Positions 50,931-63,138 of a stretch of DNA of 64,000 nucleotides are shown here, in pieces. Under the pieces are notes generated by a model, which saw only the letters and a program-made list of their open reading frames with translations, ran no database searches and had not been told where the DNA came from. The stretch is from Laetmonice hystrix (Eukaryota). The DNA lies in the NCBI GenBank assembly GCA_965235115.1, contig OZ249447.1:1860001-1924000 (forward strand), in the 5' to 3' direction. Numbering within the stretch: the first letter of the stretch is position 1; each line of letters opens with the position of its first letter. The position numbers were made by a program, and so were the translations under genes.

Positions 50931-51379
50931 AGTTCGAGGTTCTACGAAAGGGAAATGCAGCCCTTTGCATTGCAAGTTTTGTCTTTGTAGACGACACCAA
51001 AGCACGCAGCGATAAACAAGAAGAAGTTCAGGTCTCGCGGCACTGAAACTAAATCCGACGTACATCGACCCACCGAACACTTTTGTTAATGGGGAAACAA
51101 GATTCTCGATGTTTAGCGATATGCCCGAGAGGATAGACGAATACACAAAGATTCCATGTCGTTACACTCATAAAAAACAGGATGTGGAGGATCTGAATTC
51201 AAGGCATTAGGGGAACTTCACACAGTCTATATCTTAGTTCAATGACTACAAAAAATTATAGATGGGCTGTTAGGTTAGAAGGCCTGAGACGACATAAATC
51301 AATAAATGTATACCCACAGAAATGGAGAAATCTAATGAAATTCAACATTCCAGTTTCCTGTTGTCGCTATGAAGCGATC

Positions 51380-51514
51380 GTCTCATGGCTGGTTGTTGGC
51401 CTGGCACTGACTTGAACAGCCAATGAAATCCATCGGGCGATGAACCAATAAATTTCATTGGCTGTTCAAGTCAATGCCAGGTCAGGGTTTTTTTTCAACA
51501 ATCAGCCATAAGAC
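51380..51514. repeat. Long hairpin/foldback in GRL intron 2
   Basis: 30-bp arms (51400-51429 / 51452-51481, 1 mismatch) plus outer 19-bp arms (2 mismatches). Confidence 0.85.
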
Positions 51515-51524
51515 CAGTCATAAG

Positions 51525-51780
51525 CCGGGGACACACAGGGGCGTGCGTGCGTGCGTGCGTGAAGAGGCGTGCGTCAAAATGGGCGACGCGCCTCGAAACG
51601 CGCCTGTCTGGGCCAGTCACGCGCGCGAAAAAGTCGACGCGTGCGTCAGAAACGGCTGACGCCTGCGTGATTAGCGACCCACACAGGACGCGTGAATCAC
51701 GAGGCGTGCATAAAAATGGCCGACGCGTCTCGAACGCGCCTCGAAACGCGCCTGTCTGGGCCAGTCAATAGTGTAAGGCC
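51525..51780. mobile_element. CpG-rich remnant, possibly Harbinger-type MITE
   Basis: Repeated ACGCG motifs; internal direct repeat CGCGCCTCGAAACGCGCCTGTCTGGGCCAGTCA; ends GTGTAAGGCC|TTA; left TIR not matched. Confidence 0.35.
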
Positions 51781-52280
51781 TTAGCTAAGCTAACAGTCCA
51801 TGTCGTCATTTTGGAGGTACTGAACTAAGAGATAACCGTGAATGGCTTCAACAACAGCCTACTGTCCACACGTTTCACACGTAAAACAACCTTCATCATG
51901 AAAATCAATCCTGTCCATAAAATCAAGAGCTATACAGAAACTTTGTATTTTTCCAAAAAAAGATTGATAGGGCATTGAAGATTCTATGAACAAATACATG
52001 GGCCTTGAGACATCTCAGGACACGAATACGTTTTCCTTGACAAGTTTTCATTGAAGAAAGGGAAACGTGACCAGCTTTCCTCGCCAACTCGTTGGAAAGC
52101 TGGTTGTGCCAGCTTTTGAGCGAGGAAACGTGACCATAGGCGACGAAAACTTGTTGGTAATCTACACGGGCACATTACTCGTCAAGGAAAGTTGTCAAGG
52201 ACAACTCGTGTTCGTGTAGAATAGGATCTTCTTCCATCAGGTTCTTTATGAGGTAAAGATTATAGACACCTGGGATCTGT

Positions 52281-54470
52281 TTGTACAACAAATACTTTAT
52301 AGTTTCGGTTTGATAGGAGAAGACGAGAGAGGTTTGTACAATAAATACTTTATAGTTTCGGTTTGATAGGAGAAGACGAGAGAGGTCTGTACAATAAATA
52401 CTTTATAGTTTCGGTTTGATAGGTGAAGACGAGAGAGGTTTGTACAATAAATACTTTATAGTTTCGGTTTGATAGGAGAAGACGAGAGAGGTTTGTACAA
52501 TAAATACTTTATAGTTTCGGTTTGATAGGAGAAGACGAGAGAGGTCTGTACAATAAATACTTTATAGTTTCGGTTTGATAGGAGAAGACGAGAGAGGTCT
52601 GTACAATAAATACTTTATAGTTTCGGTTTGATAGAAGACGAGAGAGGTCTGTACAACAAATACTTTATAGTTTCGGTTTGATAGGAGAAGACGAGAGAGG
52701 TTTGTACAATAAATACTTTATAGTTTCGGTTTGATAGGAGAAGACGAGAGAGGTTTGTACAACAAATACTTTATAGTTTCGGTTTGATAGGTGAAGACGA
52801 GAGAGGTTTGTACAACAAATACTTTGTACAACAAATACTTTATAGTTTCGGTTTGATAGGTGAAGACGAGAGAGGTTTGTACAATAAATACTTTATAGTT
52901 TCGGTTTGATAGGAGAAGACGAGAGAGGTTTGTACAATAAATACTTTATAGTTTCGGTTTGATAGGAGAAGAAGAGAGAGGTTTGTACAACAAATACTTA
53001 GTACAACAAATACTTTATAGTTTCGGTTTGATAGGTGAAGACGAGAGAGGTTTGTACAATAAATACTTTATAGTTTCGGTTTGATAGGAGAAGAAGAGAG
53101 AGGTTTGTACAACAAATACTTTGTACAACAAATACTTTATAGTTTCGGTTTGATAGGTGAAGACGAGAGAGGTTTGTACAACAAATACTTTGTACAACAA
53201 ATACTTTATAGTTTCGGTTTGATAGGTGAAGACGAGAGAGGTTTGTACAACAAATACTTTGTACAACAAATACTTTATAGTTTCGGTTTGATAGGTGAAG
53301 ACGAGAGAGGTTTGTACAATAAATACTTTATAGTTTCGGTTTGATAGGAGAAGAAGAGAGAGGTTTGTACAACAAATACTTTGTACAACAAATACTTTAT
53401 AGTTTCGGTTTGATAGGTGAAGACGAGAGAGGTTTGTACAATAAATACTTTATAGTTTCGGTTTGAAAGGAGAAGAAGAGAGAGGTTTGTACAATAAATA
53501 CTTTATAGTTTCGGTTTGATAGGAGAAGAAGAGAGAGGTTTGTACAACAAATACTTTGTACAACAAATACTTTATAGTTTCGGTTTGATAGGTGAAGACG
53601 AGAGAGGTTTGTACAACAAATACTTTGTACAACAAATACTTTATAGTTTCGGTTTGATAGGTGAAGACGAGAGAGGTCTGTACAATAAATACTTTATAGT
53701 TTCGGTTTGATAGGAGAAGACGAGAGAGGTTTGTACAATAAATACTTTATAGTTTCGGTTTGATAGGTGAAGACGAGAGAGGTGTGTACAATAAATACTT
53801 TATAGTTTCGGTTTGATAGGAGAAGACGAGAGAGGCATGTACAATAAATACTTTATAGTTTCGGTTTGATAGGTGAAGACGAGAGAGGTTTGTACAATAA
53901 ATACTTTATAGTTTCGGTTTGATAGGAGAAGACGAGAGATGTTTGTACAATAAATACTTTATAGTTTCGGTTTGATAGGAGAAGACGAGAGAGGTCTGTA
54001 CAATAAATACTTTATAGTTTCGGTTTGATAGGAGAAGACGAGAGATGTTTGTACAACAAATACTTTATAGTTTCGGTTTGATAGGTGAAGACGAGAGAGG
54101 TTTGTACAATAAATACTTTATAGTTTCGGTTTGATAGGAGAAGACGAGAGATGTTTGTACAATAAATACTTTATAGTTTCGGTTTGATAGGAGAAGACGA
54201 GAGAGGTTTGTACAATAAATACTTTATAGTTTCGGTTTGATAGGTGAAGACGAGAGAGGTTTGTACAATAAATACTTTATAGTTTCGGTTTGATAGGAGA
54301 AGACGAGAGATGTTTGTACAATAAATACTTTATAGTTTCGGTTTGATAGGAGAAGACGAGAGAGGTTTGTACAATAAATACTTTATAGTTTCGGTTTGAT
54401 AGGAGAAGACGAGAGAGGTTTGTACAATAGTTTATAGTTTGGGTTTGAAAGGAGAAGACGAGAGAGGCAT
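52281..54470. repeat. Minisatellite, 53-bp unit with 69-bp variant (GRL intron 2)
   Basis: Unit AAATACTTTATAGTTTCGGTTTGATAGGAGAAGACGAGAGAGGTTTGTACAAT; a 16-bp internal duplication in a central block of units. Confidence 0.97.
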
Positions 54471-54580
54471 GTATTCCCATGTATACGGAGTCTGTCATTG
54501 TGAACGTCACCTACAAACTGTAGGAATATCTTTCAAAATTTAACACTTTGCGTGTAAGAAGAAGTAAATGACGAACGTAC

Positions 54581-54655
54581 CTGAACAGATATACCCTCCT
54601 GGGTAGTACAGGAACGTAGGTCAACATCGTGGATGATAGTTTTGGGGACTTTAGC
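54581..54655 (-). CDS. GRL exon 2
   Basis: TTTCTTTCAG| AKVPKTIIHDVDLRSCTTQEGISVQ |GTACGT; 75 nt, phase 0/0. Not in the ORF track. Confidence 0.82.
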
Positions 54656-54851
54656 CTGAAAGAAATCGGCGACGACTGTAAATGATTGCGTGCAGTCAGG
54701 TCCTCAAATATTGTTCTGGAATAATTTTCTTTTAAACATGAAAACAAAATCTGATACGTTCTCTATCATTCTGCCATGAAGTAAACTAAAACATATTTGA
54801 ATGTTTTAGCTGTTCGTTGTTACTGAGAATATGATTAATATCGATACCTAC

Positions 54852-56027
54852 CGCTGCGCACAGCGACGCTCCCGCCACAGTAATGCAGACGACATGCATG
54901 ATGGCGATAATAAAGAACACTACACTGGCAGCTAACGCCATGGCGTCTTGGGCAAAGAGTTCTTCATTTTTGATAAGTACAAATATAAAGGCACATATTG
55001 TCGGAATATCAAACAGGTAGGTCAATAAGTTAAATAGCGACAACATGTCGTCGAGAGTATCAGTCACTTTACACAACAGCAAATGTCGCTGTCTGTTACC
55101 CTCAATGTCAGATCCAGTTCCGAGGTGAGGGCGCCCCCTGGTGTCAGGGGTAACTATTGACGACCGGAAGCCGGACGAAAACTCCTGATACTCCATTTTC
55201 AGCAAAACGCAGATGATAACGAGCACGATGTTCGGCTGTATCCAACAGAATGCGATGTAATAATGAAATACGAAGTAGATAGCCGCCACATAGATGGGAA
55301 CAGGGCCTTCTAGATTAAAGGGCATCAGAAACATTCGAGTAAACTCCGGTAACTTGATGCTAAATAGAACTATCCCGACTACAGCGAACGAGAGAATCAT
55401 GACGTTAACTGACATTGCTACTCGACATGCGAATCCTTTCAGCTTCTCCGTCGGTACTCCCCTGTATCTATTTTTATATGACTGCCACAGGCGCATGAAC
55501 CGACCGATGTGTCTGTAGTTACTGATGATAAAGACGGTGACACTGAGAGCACACTGAAGGTTCCAGATGTGGATGACTATCTTCATGAAGAGCCGGGTAC
55601 CATGAGAGTCAGGCTCCACGTAGGCGGCAAAGTATCTGAGAGCGTTGAACCAGAGGAGGCAGAGAACCATGACACAGTAAAATGTACAGAATTGAAACCA
55701 GCGCCCCTCACGGTCGCGGAGAACGAGTCCGTAACATTTGAGGCTGATGAAGAGTGGTCTCATGACCTTACCGATACTAGCCGTGCTGTCCTCTCCTGGA
55801 GCTTCTCGTACTCCTGGAGGAACCATGGAGTGACAACTGCGATCAGAGCTTCGCTCAGACGTATCCGAAGTTCCTCTGCTCTGAGAGAGAAGTGGTGTAC
55901 CTTGTTGGGGGAGGTGTGTTGCCGCTGGTAACGGGGTCGGGATGGTAGGGATCCGGTGCACGACTTTGCCATTCACGTTTACGTATGTGTGCCCGTGCCT
56001 CGTAGTCATTTTTTGCCCGTCCGGCAT
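54852..56027 (-). CDS. Gustatory receptor-like (7tm_7 / 7TM ion channel) exon 1 (N-terminus, TM1-TM6; 392 codons)
   Basis: Six hydrophobic helices; LKCYGL before TM1; WIQP in TM4; IEGNRQRHLLLCKVTDTLDDMLS matches the Gr 'R--H--LC--V--LD--FS' motif; donor GCG|GTAGGT, phase 0. Confidence 0.9.
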
Positions 56028-57429
56028 TTGTGGGAAGTTTCATCTGACTGGGGTTTTTACCCAATCAGGAGGCAGGTAACAAAACATGGGCGGGCCTCTC
56101 CAAGTGAAGGCCTTGGCGTGTGGGTGTGTGTTTGTGTGTGTGAAACGGTATGTGAACACGTTTCTCATTGGTTCCTCGCCAGGACAGCACAATTAAAGGA
56201 CTTCCGGTCAAGAAACGTATGCGTGAAAGGCAAAAAGCCTAGAGCCGCACCCTACTCTCAGCGTGTCTCCTTACTGGAAATCTTGCTCCCAATGAAGATC
56301 CTGAAAGCAAGCAAAGGAATCACACGTTAAGAAAGGTTTAGGACATAAAGGTCAGATGGCAATTTTGCAAAATTGCAAGCAAACCTTATAAAATATGAAC
56401 GCCCGTGCTGATTACAGTTTTTAACGGATTGGGGCGATTCATTTTAACAGTAAATAAAACTTCTGCTTCGTCAGCATGTTTCTCTCCCGACCGTTCCCAT
56501 AGCTGCAGACAGCGCTGACAACTAATAGGTAGTACTGTTATAATTGTTCAGCAATCCAGCGAAGTGGTCTTGTAAATCGAGTCGCAGTCAAAGTAAGCAT
56601 GAAAGAGAGTAACAATACAAGCAGCAGAGAATACTTTGGGGAGAGTAGAAAGTAAGCTAAGTGGATAAAACGGGGCATTACAACATCCAAGGAATTAACA
56701 GAAGTAGAAATTTGACATTTGATCAGCATTCGATATACTGTAGTACATTTCTTTATACAGTGCTGTCACTGCATCAAGAGAATCACCGCGATGTCGAATA
56801 AAGCGCGACCATTTTGTTTGAGAGTTATTAAATATTAAAATATTGCGATTCGACTGATAGTCCGTAAGACTGATACTTGAAACTGTCATAACATAGAGTT
56901 TCTAGGGTAACGGAGTAAGTGGTGTTGCTAGGTTACCGTCTAATCACTGTGGCACAAAGTCAGAAATCATCAAGTCGGTACAGCACTGTCAAGATGGATC
57001 GGTTTCGACCTCATTGATATTATTAGGTCATCATTTACTGAAATATCGAGTTAATCCTGGTTGTATTATAAGATAGAAGATGTGAGAGACACTAGTCGCG
57101 CATACATTGGACCAGATCACCAGCGCGTCTGTGCTGATATACATCCGCGCCCAGATTGATCTCGCGAGATTGATGACGAGATGAGAACGCGAGGAAATGG
57201 ATGCCGGGGTGTAGTGACAGTTCAGATAGTCAGTGATCTTCACTGCTTCCATGCACATTGTCGCTATGGACTGGCTGATCGAGGCTTTCTCTAGATAAAG
57301 ATACACTGATGACTGTCTGCACATTGGATCATTGGATCAACTCCTGCCAACCTCCCGGCTAGAGTTCATGTCATTGAGTGCCGCTAGAGGGCGGCCATCA
57401 CACAGCACAGTCAACGCGTCCAACCGGAC

Positions 57430-59880
57430 CGATACAATAGATGTGAGGGCCTGGCTATATCCGCTTGAGGTTCACACCGGGCCGATACAATGGATGTGAG
57501 GGCCTGGCTATATCCGCTTGAGGTTCACACCGGGCCAATACAATAGATGTGAGGGCCTAGCTATATCCGCTTGAGGTTCACACCGGGCCAATACAATAGA
57601 TGTGAGGGCCTGGCTATATCCGCTTGAGGTTCACACCGGACCAATACAATAGATGTGAGGGCCTGGCTATATCCGCTTGAGGTTCACACCGGGCCGATAC
57701 AATAGATGTGAGGGCCTGGCTATATCCGCTTGAGGTTCACACCGGGCCGATACAATGGATGTGAGGGCCTGGCTATATCCGCTTGAGGTTCACACCGGGC
57801 CAATACAATAGATGTGAGGGCCTAGCTATATCCGCTTGAGGTTCACACCGGACAGATACAATAGATGTGAGGGCCTAGCTATATCCGCTTGAGGTTCCCC
57901 CCCCCGACAGATACAATAGATGTGAGGGCCTGGCTATATCCGCTTGAGGTTCACACCGGGCCAATACAATAGATGTGAGGGCCTGGCTATATCCGCTTGA
58001 GGTTCACACCGGGCCGATACAATGGATGTGAGGGCCTGGCTATATCCGCTTGAGGTTCACACCGGGCCAATACAATAGATGTGAGGGCCTAGCTATATCC
58101 GCTTGAGGTTCACACCGGGCCAATACAATAGATGTGAGGGCCTGGCTATATCCGCTTGAGGTTCACACCGGACCAATACAATAGATGTGAGGGCCTGGCT
58201 ATATCCGCTTGAGGTTCACACCGGGCCAATACAATAGATGTGAGGGCCTAGCTATATCCGCTTGAGGTTCACACCGGGCCAATACAATAGATGTGAGGGC
58301 CTGGCTATATCCGCTTGAGGTTCACACCGGACAGATACAATAGATGTGAGGGCCTAGCTATATCCGCTTGAGGTTCACACCGGGCCAATACAATAGATGT
58401 GAGGGCCTAGCTATATCCGCTTGAGGTTCCCCCCCCCCGACAGATACAATAGATGTGAGGGCCTGGCTATATCCGCTTGAGGTTCACACCGGACAGATAC
58501 AATATATGTGAGGGCCTGGCTATATCCGCTTGAGGTTCACACCGGGCCGATACAATAGATGTGAGGGCCTGGCTATATCCGCTTGAGGTTCACACCGGGC
58601 CAATACAATAGATGTGAGGGCCTAGCTATATCCGCTTGAGGTTCACACCGGGCCAATACAATAGATGTGAGGGCCTGGCTATATCCGCTTGAGGTTCACA
58701 CCGGACAGATACAATAGATGTGAGGGCCTAGCTATATCCGCTTGAGGTTCACACCGGGCCAATACAATAGATGTGAGGGCCTAGCTATATCCGCTTAAGG
58801 TTCACACCGGGCCGATACAATAGATCTGAGGGCCTAGCTATATCCGCTTGAGGTTCACACCGGGCCAATACAATAGATGTGAGGGCCTGGCTATATCCGC
58901 TTGAGGTTCACACCGGACCAATACAATAGATGTGAGGGCCTGGCTATATCCGCTTGAGGTTCCCCCCCCCCGACAGATACAATAGATGTGAGGGCCTGGC
59001 TATATCCGCTTGAGGTTCACACCGGGCCAATACAATAGATGTGAGGGCCTAGCTATATCCGCCTGAGGTTCACACCGGGCCGATACAATAGATGTGAGGG
59101 CCTGGCTATATCCGCTTGAGGTTCCCCCCCCCGACAGATACAATAGATGTGAGGGCCTGGCTATATCCGCTTGAGGTTCACACCGGGCCGATACAATAGA
59201 TGTGAGGGCCTGGCTATATCCGCTTGAGGTTCCCCCCCGACAGATACAATAGATGTGAGGGCCTAGCTATATCCGCTTGAGGTTCACACCGGGCCGATAC
59301 AATAGATGTGAGGGCCTGGCTATATCCGCTTGAGGTTCCCCCCCGACAGATACAATAGATGTGAGGGCCTGGCTATATCCGCTTGAGGTTCCCCCCCCGA
59401 CAGATACAATAGATGTGAGGGCCTGGCTATATCCGCCTGAGGTACACACCGGGCCAATACAATAGATGTGAGGGCCTGGCTATATCCGCTTGAGGTTCAC
59501 ACCGGGCCGATACAATAGATGTGAGGGCCTGGCTATATCCGCTTGAGGTTCACACCGGACAGATACAATAGATGTGAGGGCCTGGCTATATCCGCTTGAG
59601 GTTCACACCGGGCCGATACAATAGATGTGAGGGCCTGGCTATATCCGCTTGAGGTTCCCCCCCCCGACAGATACAATAGATGTGAGGGCCTGGCTATATC
59701 CGCTTGAGGTCCCCCCCCCGACAGATACAATAGATGTGAGGGCCTGGCTATATCCGCTTGAGGTTCACACCGGACAGATACAATATATGTGAGGGCCTGG
59801 CTATATCCGCTTGAGGTTCCCCCCCCCCGACAGATACAATAGATGTGAGGGCCTGGCTATATCCGCTTGAGGTTCACACC
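57430..59880. repeat. Minisatellite, 53-bp unit, ~46 copies
   Basis: Unit GATACAATAGATGTGAGGGCCTGGCTATATCCGCTTGAGGTTCACACCGGGCC; poly-C variants; the CAATGGAT variant recurs at 57488, 57753 and 58020 (5-unit period). Confidence 0.97.
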
Positions 59881-60305
59881 GTTCCCCCAGTTCACAAACT
59901 GATAGAGCGATCGTACCCTGCGATAGACGGTCGGAAATTGTGTTGGGGTTTCTATACGCTGTGACTCTGCGACCTTTGTTGTAGAATAATCTTTTCTACC
60001 TGTCATGGCATCACGATGTTTCATCACACCCTCTCCCGTTATTCCCCTAATATTCGTAGGGAGTAAGCACTTAGAGTATCAATGGTGCCCTAGAGATATC
60101 AGCTCGGTCGCTTAATGTTCATCCGGTGATGTTCCACGTGTAATCTATATGCAAACCATAATTAGAATCTTACTCCGCGTTACACGGCGGCGGAGACAGA
60201 CTGTCACCTCGGTACTGGTCGCACAGAACGTGGTAAACAACTACAGACGTAGCCATAACGATAACACAGCTGTGGGAATACTAGGGACACAGAATATCTA
60301 TAACT

Positions 60306-61470
60306 CAGTGGGGCTGATGATATACCCATTGGGAAAAAGCGAGAAAATCCTTACAGGCTTCACGGTGCATCTTTTGGGGCCAGTTGGTAGATATTATACT
60401 CTGCAGTGCGGCACGAACCGTTTAAGGACAAGTGGTAGTGTGAGGCCAAAAATTTTTTTGAGACAGATTTTTTTTTAATTTTGCAGATAAACAGAGTATG
60501 TTATCCTCTTTCAAAATTCAGCAAAAAAATGATACCTCATCGGCTTAGTTTTTTTGTTAAGAGCGTTTGAAGTTGGTATTTTCTTCATGTTAATGAATAC
60601 AGTTTGCAATTTCTTTTTTTCTTTTTTTTTACCACTTTTTTTGTCAGAACGGTGTTATGACAAATAGAAGTGGTAAAAAAAAAAAAGAGAGAAAAATGTT
60701 TTGACTTTGAACCTTTTTTACTTGGTGTAAATGAGCAAAAGTGAAAATGTTCAAAATCAAACTTTTTTTTTTTTTACCACTTCTATAACTTGAAGACCGT
60801 TATGACAAATGGAAATGGTGAAAAAAAATTCTAAACACTAATTATTAATTAACATGACGAACATATCAATTTCAAACGCTCTTAACAAAAAAACTAACCC
60901 GGTGAGGTATCATTTTTTTTGCTGAATTTTGAAAGAGGACAACATACTCTGTTTATCTGCAAAATTTAAAAAAAAACGGCTCCAAAAAATTTTTGGCCTC
61001 ACACTAGCACTTGTCCTTAAGTGGAGCACTACAATAATAACTGAAGGATTACAAAGGTTGTTCTGCAAGCGGCGTTGTCGAACATGTTTTTTCCGCCATC
61101 TTGAAATTGTCCTGGCCATCACGTAATCTAGATCTGGGGAGCAGCTCGTCCCTGAGACCCCGGCTTCGGCTCAGCTGACTGTTTGTCGACCTCGGTAGCA
61201 CGTCACAAAGAGTTGGACTATAGCTACGATATGCTCCCTGAAAGAGGGAGTGCTCACGGAGAGAGAGAGGCCTTATGGGAAGATGGCGTCCAGGAGAGCG
61301 GTCAAAACGCCGCTGGCAGGACAATCTTTGTAATCCTTTGGTTATTATTGTAGTGCATCACTTAAACGGTTAGTGCCGCACTGCTAAATATAATATCTAC
61401 CGGCCCCAAAAGATGCATCGTGAAGCCTGTAGAAGGATTTTCTCGCTTTTTTTCATCATCAGTCCCGCTG
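60306..61470. mobile_element. Outer foldback element with long TIRs, left arm interrupted
   Basis: 60306-60425 joined to 61021-61076 is the reverse complement of ~61306-61470 with scattered mismatches; CAG...CTG termini; no TSD seen. Confidence 0.8.
60426..61016. mobile_element. Kolobok-like MITE (TTAA TSD, GG termini) nested in the outer element
   Basis: TTAA|GGACAAGTGGTAGTGTGAGGCCAAAA ... TTTTGGCCTCACACTAGCACTTGTCC|TTAA; inverted arms ~170 bp. Confidence 0.88.
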
Positions 61471-61601
61471 AAAGGAACAACTGCAGGGGATGATCGTACT
61501 GGCTATCTATAATACAGCGCGTGCTGTGGGAACTGTAAACGTCTGCGGTACAAACGTCGTCAACATACCAGGGACACAGAATACCTATGACACATTGCGG
61601 G

Positions 61602-61685
61602 CTGTGGGTGTGCTGTGGGTGTGCTGTGGGTGTGCTGTGGGTGTGCTGTGGGTGTGCTGTGGGTGTGCTGTGGGTGTGCTGTGGG
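61602..61685. repeat. 11-bp tandem repeat, ~7 copies
   Basis: GGGTGTGCTGT repeated. Confidence 0.95.
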
Positions 61686-62024
61686 CAGGTCGATGTGCAG
61701 GTCATCCGTAAAACCTCAGCAGGAAAACCTGACGGGTCTGTCTGCCTTCTCTTCTGAACTAATACATTGCCTAAGTCGGCTCACTCCCTAACTGCCAACC
61801 AATACATATCCTACATACATATGTTGTCTATGAACATATGTATATGTATATATGAACACATCTATCAGGGATAACTGGGATAGGTCTACTCTATCTCAGA
61901 CATGTCGCATGAGGCAACCAAATGACAGGGCACCCCGAAAGTACTTTGAATCTAATTCTTTTAGGACTCAACTTGGCATCTCTGTCTTTGTGGACTTGTG
62001 GAGCCTGTGGAGTGCATGGGAAGG

Positions 62025-63138
62025 TCATCCTTATCACCGGGAGGGAGGTGTGTGTGTGGGTGAGGGGGGGGGGGTATGCACAGTGGACTGGTGATCACCG
62101 GGAGGGAGGTGTGTGTGTGTGGGTGAGGGGAGGGGGGGCTATATGCACAGTGGACTGGTGATCACCGGGAGGGAGGTGTGTGTGTGGGTGAGGGGGGTGT
62201 ATGCACAGTGGACTGGTGATCACCGGGAGGGAGGTCTGTGTGTGGGTGAGGGGAGGGGGGTGTATGCACAGTGGACTGGTGATCACCGGGAGGGAGGTGT
62301 GTGTGTGTGGGTGAGGGGGGGGGGCTATATGCACAGTGGACTGGTGATCACCGGGAGGGAGGTCTGTGTGTGGGTGAGGGGGTGTGTGTATGCACAGTGG
62401 ACTGGTGATCACCGGGAGGGAGGTGTGTGTGTGGGTGAGGGGGCTATATGCACAGTGGACTGGTGATCACCGGGAGGGAGGTGTGTGTGTGTGGGTGAGG
62501 GGGATGTATGCACAGTGGACTGGTGATCACCGGGAGGGAGGTGTGTGTGTGGGTGAGGGGGGTGTATGCACAGTGGACTGGTGATCACCGGGAGGGAGGT
62601 CTGTGTGTGGGTGAGGGGGGGTATGCACAGTGGACTGGTGATCACCGGGAGGGAGGTGTGTGTGTGGGTGAGGGGGGTGTATGCACAGTGGACTGGTGAT
62701 CACCGGGAGGGAGGTGTGTGTGTGTGGGTGAGGGGGGGGGTGTATGCACAGTGGACTGGTGATCACCGGGAGGGAGGTGTGTGTGTGGGTGAGGGGGGTG
62801 TATGCACAGTGGACTGGTGATCACCGGGAGGGAGGTGTGTGTGTGGGTGAGGGGGGTGTATGCACAGTGGACTGGTGATCACCGGGAGGGAGGTGTGTGT
62901 GTGGGTGAGGGGGGGGGGGTATGCACAGTGGACTGGTGATCACCGGGAGGGAGGTGTGTGGGTGGGTGAGGGGAGGGGAGGGGGGGGGGTGTATGCACAA
63001 TGGACTGGTGATCACCGGGAGGGAGGTGTGTGTGTGGGTGAGGGGGGGGGGGCTATATGCACAGTGGACTGGTGATCACCGGGAGGGAGGTCTGTGTGTG
63101 TGGGTGAGGGGGGGGGTATATGCACAGTGGACTGGTGA
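62025..63138. repeat. G-rich minisatellite, ~55-62-bp unit, ~19 copies
   Basis: TATGCACAGTGGACTGGTGATCACCGGGAGGGAGGT(GT)nGGGTGAG(n). Confidence 0.95.

Noticed and set aside
54786-54851. C-terminus of the 413-aa ORF (VGIDINHILSNNEQLKHSNMF)
   Set aside because: Intron read-through past the GTAGGT donor at 54851.
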